Of a stretch of 17,425 nt of DNA, positions 14,168 through 17,425 are shown piece after piece. The position numbers and the translations under genes are program-made. The stretch is from Granulicella sp. (GTDB lineage: Bacteria; Acidobacteriota; Terriglobia; Terriglobales; Acidobacteriaceae). Within the stretch, counting starts at the first letter, position 1. Each line of letters starts with the position of its first letter. Location of the stretch: NCBI GenBank assembly GCA_027339965.1, contig DAHWNL010000074.1:1-17425 (forward strand), read 5' to 3'. The notes under the pieces are model-generated. The model saw nothing but the letters and a program-made list of their open reading frames with translations, did not search any database and was not told the DNA's origin.

Positions 14168-16420
14168 ATGCCGGAAACTACCACCTTTCGCCCGTTTGTT
14201 CCAGCCAGTGAAGATCGACGGGAGCTGTCGCTGCGGGCGCTGTTACTGGGCTCGATCTTTGGCGTGATCTTCGGAGCTGTCACCGTCTATGTGGGGCTGC
14301 GGGCCGGTCTTACCGTGGCCGCCAGCATCCCGATCTCCGTGCTGTCGATCTCCATCCTCAGGGCCTTTGGCCGCGCCTCGATTCTGGAGAACAACATCGT
14401 GCAGACGACCGGCAACGCCGGTCAGTCGATCGCCTCCGGGGTGATCTTTACCCTGCCGGCGCTGATCTTTCTGGGGTTCGACCTGGAGAGCTCGAGGATC
14501 TTTGCGCTGGCCCTGTTCGGTGGCTGGCTGGGCGTGCTGTTTATGATACCGCTGCGGCGGCAGTTGATCGTGGAGGAGCACGGAGCGCTCACCTATCCGG
14601 AGGGGACGGCCTGCGCGGATGTGCTGCAAGCTGGGGAGCGCGGCGGCTCGTTTGCCGGCCGGGTATTTCTGGGGCTGGGCTTGGGTGGTCTGTACACGCT
14701 GCTGCAGAACGAGAATCTGCTGCGGCTGTTTCCAGCCACGCCGAACTGGTCGCCGGACTTTGATCCGCAGGGGGCGCAGATTCTGAAGGGGGCGGCGATC
14801 CGCGCCGATGTGACGCCGGAGTATCTCGGCGTGGGGTACATCATCGGGGCGCGGGTGGCGGCGGTGATGCTGGCCGGAGGGGTGTTCAGTTGGCTGGTGC
14901 TGATGCCGGCCATCATGTTCTTCGGCAAGCACCTGGCGACGCCGCTGTATCCCGGAGTGACGCCGATTGCGCAGATGAGCCCGAGCGACCTGTGGGCCAC
15001 CTATGTGCGGCCGATGGGCGCGGGCGCGGTGGCGGCCAGCGGGTTGATTACCCTGCTGCGGACGATGCCGACGATCGTGAGCGCGCTGACCGCGGGGTTC
15101 GTGAAGATGGGGTTCGGCAAGGGCGCGGAGAGAGGCAAGCTGCTGCGCACGGAGATTGATATTCCCATGACGGTGGTGGTGGGTGGCAGTCTGGTGCTGA
15201 TTCTGCTGATGTTCCTGTTTCTGGAACTGAAGCCGATTCCAGGCGCGCAGGTAGGTTGGCTGGCCAACCTCGCGGCCTCGCTGCTGGTGGTGGGCTTCGG
15301 TTTCCTGTTTGTCACCGTCTCCTCGCGGATTGTGGGCATCATGGGATCCAGCGCTAACCCGGTGAGCGGCATGACGATCGCTACGCTGATGGCGGTGGCG
15401 GCGATCTTCCTGGTCAAGGGATGGACCGCGCCCGCCTTTGGCGCCCTGGCCATCACCGTGGGAGGCATGGTGTGCATCGCCTCGGCCAACGCCGGGGATA
15501 CCAGCCAGGATCTCAAGACCGGGTTCCTGATTGGGGCGACGCCCTGGAAGCAACAAGTGGCGGTGATGGTAGGGGTGATCGTGTCGGTGTTCTCCATTGG
15601 AGCGACGCTGAACGCCATGAACAAGGGCCTGGAGAGCTTCAAGGAACTCCCGGCGGCGAGGGCCATCTCGCTGGCTTCCCTGCCCGAGGGAGTGACCAAT
15701 CAGGGGGCGTTCCAGCGGAACCGGGTGACGGTGCTGTTCCCTTCGCACGCGGGAGGCGCAACTCGGAAGGATCTGACCGGCGCCAATCGTTATGTGGTGC
15801 TGAACTCCATCGGGTCGTCCACCCTGGAGGATGGAAAGTATCTGTACAATCCGGCGACAGGAAAGATTGAAGTGCAGTGGATAGAGGGTATCGGCAGCGA
15901 GAAGGCGGCCGCGCCGCAGGGCCGGCTGATGGCCACCGTGATCAACGGGATCCTCAGCCGCCGGTTGCCCTGGAGCCTGGTTCTGCTGGGCGTAGCGCTG
16001 GTGCTCGGCATCGAACTCCTGGGAGTGCGTTCGCTGACCTTTGCCGTGGGAGCGTACCTGTCCATTGGGACCACGCTGGCGATCTTCTGTGGCGGCGTGG
16101 TGCGCTGGATGGTGGATCGAGCTGCGGCCCGCAGCGGTGAGATGGCCGGCTCCGGGGCGGAGACCGAAATCTCTTCGGGCAGTCTCTACGCCTCTGGACT
16201 GATTGCGGCCGGCGGCATCATGGGACTGCTGGGAGTGTGCTTGAACCTGTATGAGGCGGCTACGGGCAAGACGGCACCGCAGTTTCCCGTCAGCAATCCG
16301 TTCTACAAGGATTGGGTGAGTATGGTCAGCTTCCTGGCGCTGGCCTTCAGTTTGTATCATTTTGCTAGAACGCCTCTGGATTCAGAGAAGATGATGGACG
16401 AGATTGAAAGCGAGGAATAG
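14168..16420 (+). CDS. OPT-family oligopeptide transporter
   Basis: RBS AGGAG 14154-14158. Motifs ELSLRALLLG, YVGLRAGLTVAASIP, ENNIVQT, YPEGTACA, SANPVSGMTIATL, GDTSQDLKTGFLIGATPWKQQ, AAPQGRLMA, ASGLIAAG; many TM helices. Confidence 0.93.
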   Translation: MPETTTFRPFVPASEDRRELSLRALLLGSIFGVIFGAVTVYVGLRAGLTVAASIPISVLSISILRAFGRASILENNIVQTTGNAGQSIASGVIFTLPALIFLGFDLESSRIFALALFGGWLGVLFMIPLRRQLIVEEHGALTYPEGTACADVLQAGERGGSFAGRVFLGLGLGGLYTLLQNENLLRLFPATPNWSPDFDPQGAQILKGAAIRADVTPEYLGVGYIIGARVAAVMLAGGVFSWLVLMPAIMFFGKHLATPLYPGVTPIAQMSPSDLWATYVRPMGAGAVAASGLITLLRTMPTIVSALTAGFVKMGFGKGAERGKLLRTEIDIPMTVVVGGSLVLILLMFLFLELKPIPGAQVGWLANLAASLLVVGFGFLFVTVSSRIVGIMGSSANPVSGMTIATLMAVAAIFLVKGWTAPAFGALAITVGGMVCIASANAGDTSQDLKTGFLIGATPWKQQVAVMVGVIVSVFSIGATLNAMNKGLESFKELPAARAISLASLPEGVTNQGAFQRNRVTVLFPSHAGGATRKDLTGANRYVVLNSIGSSTLEDGKYLYNPATGKIEVQWIEGIGSEKAAAPQGRLMATVINGILSRRLPWSLVLLGVALVLGIELLGVRSLTFAVGAYLSIGTTLAIFCGGVVRWMVDRAAARSGEMAGSGAETEISSGSLYASGLIAAGGIMGLLGVCLNLYEAATGKTAPQFPVSNPFYKDWVSMVSFLALAFSLYHFARTPLDSEKMMDEIESEE

Positions 16421-16424
16421 CTTG

Positions 16425-16949
16425 ATGAAGCGATGGATGGCAAGGCTGACGGTGACCCTGACGGTGACGCTGACAGCAGCGCTCACGATGGCGCCCAAGG
16501 AGGCACGTGCCGAGGAGGCCTCCAAGCAGGCTAAGGTAAAGGAACTCTTTGCGGTGATGCACATGGAGCGCAATCTGGATGAAATGATGCAATCAATGCG
16601 CATCCAAGTGAAGATGGTTGCCGAGAATGGGGAAGGTTCGCGCCCGATGACGCCGGCGCAGAAGAAGATCGAGCAGAATTTTATCAACAACGCATTGCAG
16701 GTCGTGAACCAGTCGTTCTCCTGGCCGGTGCTGGAGCCGGCCTACGTCAAGCTGTATATGGGGACGTATACCGAGTCCGAACTGGACGGCATCCTGGCGT
16801 TTTACAAGTCACCGGCGGGACAGGCGATGCTGAACAACGATTCCCACCTGAAGGCCGGCGTAATGCAGATTGTGCATAGTCACATGGGAGACTTTGAAGC
16901 GAAGATTCAAGCGCTCGAGCAGCAGTACAAGCAAAAGATGGGGCATTGA
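16425..16949 (+). CDS. DUF2059-domain exported protein
   Basis: ATG 16425 with GAGGA at 16412-16416, 4 nt after the OPT stop. Signal peptide ending ARA. Motif YxxTYTESELDGILAFYKSPAGQAML typical of DUF2059. Confidence 0.82.
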   Translation: MKRWMARLTVTLTVTLTAALTMAPKEARAEEASKQAKVKELFAVMHMERNLDEMMQSMRIQVKMVAENGEGSRPMTPAQKKIEQNFINNALQVVNQSFSWPVLEPAYVKLYMGTYTESELDGILAFYKSPAGQAMLNNDSHLKAGVMQIVHSHMGDFEAKIQALEQQYKQKMGH

Positions 16950-16983
16950 TTCCCTGGCGGGGGACTCGGAAGCCGAGAGTAGC

Positions 16984-17023
16984 AGCAGGCCACGGGCGGC
17001 CCCAGGGCCGCCCGTGGCCTGCT
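16984..17023. repeat. Perfect 19-bp inverted repeat (possible terminator or REP-like hairpin)
   Basis: agcaggccacgggcggccc (16984-17002), ca, gggccgcccgtggcctgct (17005-17023); 34 nt downstream of the DUF2059 stop. No clear U-tract. Confidence 0.75.
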
Positions 17024-17147
17024 TGTGCGGCCCTCGATCTCGCTCGACGACGGTTGACTCGCACGTGAGCTGTTCGCCGATGACCGCTTGGAGGCGCAGA
17101 TTCTCTTCCCGGCAGGCAGTGGGGTCGATCTCTTCGTTCAGCAATCT

Positions 17148-17264
17148 CTATAGCATTTTCAGTGTTGCTCGGTGCACCGGACGGGGTTTACAGTGGCGTT
17201 TTCACTGGGGAAAACGCCCGTAGAAGTCGAAGCATTGGGTGCACCTGCACTGAAACTGCTTTAG
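17148..17264. mobile_element. Palindromic MITE, IS630-like (TA target duplication in CTAG)
   Basis: Terminal IRs ctatagcattttcagtg (17148-17164) and cactgaaactgctttag (17248-17264), 15/17 complementary. Nested ggtgcacc at 17171-17178 and 17238-17245. Central hairpin ggcgttttc/gaaaacgcc (17195-17218). Flanks read C-TA[...]TA-G. Confidence 0.7.
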
Positions 17265-17280
17265 CGCGCCTCTGAGGCAG

Positions 17281-17425
17281 AGAGCATTCTGCAAAATACG
17301 ATAGATCTGTGGCGCAGAGCCGGAACCATCCCCTGGCATCTTCCGGGGTGATGAGTTTCAGCGCCTCGCCCGTGGCTTGATCGAGCAGCTCTTCGCTTCT
17401 TGCCTTGGCTTTGCGCAGGATGTGC
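17281..17425 (-). mobile_element. IS630-family transposase 3' end and probable element end (truncated by window edge, likely degenerate)
   Basis: Minus-strand frame from 17424 reads HILRKAKARSEELLDQATGEALKLITPEDARGWFRLC, matching the IS630 C-terminal pattern LRKAxART...AL..ITP.DA.GWF.HC. IR-like agagcattctgcaaaa at 17281. Not in the ORF track because the start is outside the window. Confidence 0.75.

Noticed and set aside
14243..16360. 705-aa antisense ORF over the OPT gene (and similar ones at 8520-9476, 6618-7835, 9480-10682, 12887-13882)
   Set aside because: Typical high-GC shadow ORFs opposite real genes, with skewed composition and no family motifs.
17040..17147. Minus-strand EENLRLQAVIGEQL resembling the coiled-coil end of an IS OrfA
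   Set aside because: Too short and degenerate to call by eye; needs BLASTX. Not listed as a feature.
1..17425. CRISPR array, tRNA or rRNA genes
   Set aside because: No regularly spaced repeat-spacer units and no cloverleaf or rRNA-like sequence seen; the 45-bp repeats are 1.5 kb apart.

Overview
GC-rich bacterial window; gene content and intergenic repeats look like Acidobacteriota (inference, not verified). In order: a 5'-truncated GH78 alpha-L-rhamnosidase (+); an exported hypothetical protein (-); an orphan HipA C-terminal remnant (-); a Kch-type K+ channel (+) flanked by two copies of a 45-bp REP-like repeat; a two-gene minus-strand operon (GH20 beta-N-acetylhexosaminidase, then a 1448-aa triple fusion of a Na+/solute symporter, a beta-lactamase-fold serine hydrolase and a DUF1343/NamZ-like muramidase); a divergent COG3618-type lactonase (+); a MerR-HTH/TPR protein (+); an OPT oligopeptide transporter (+); a DUF2059 protein (+). 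The right end has a perfect 19-bp inverted repeat, a palindromic IS630-type MITE and the 3' end of an IS630 transposase. The best candidate for an undescribed system is the GH20 plus symporter-amidase-NamZ operon. It looks like a membrane-tethered peptidoglycan salvage machine that digests and imports in one chain, with an internal signal-peptide-like segment between transporter and enzymes. All family calls come from motif recognition by eye; no database search was run.
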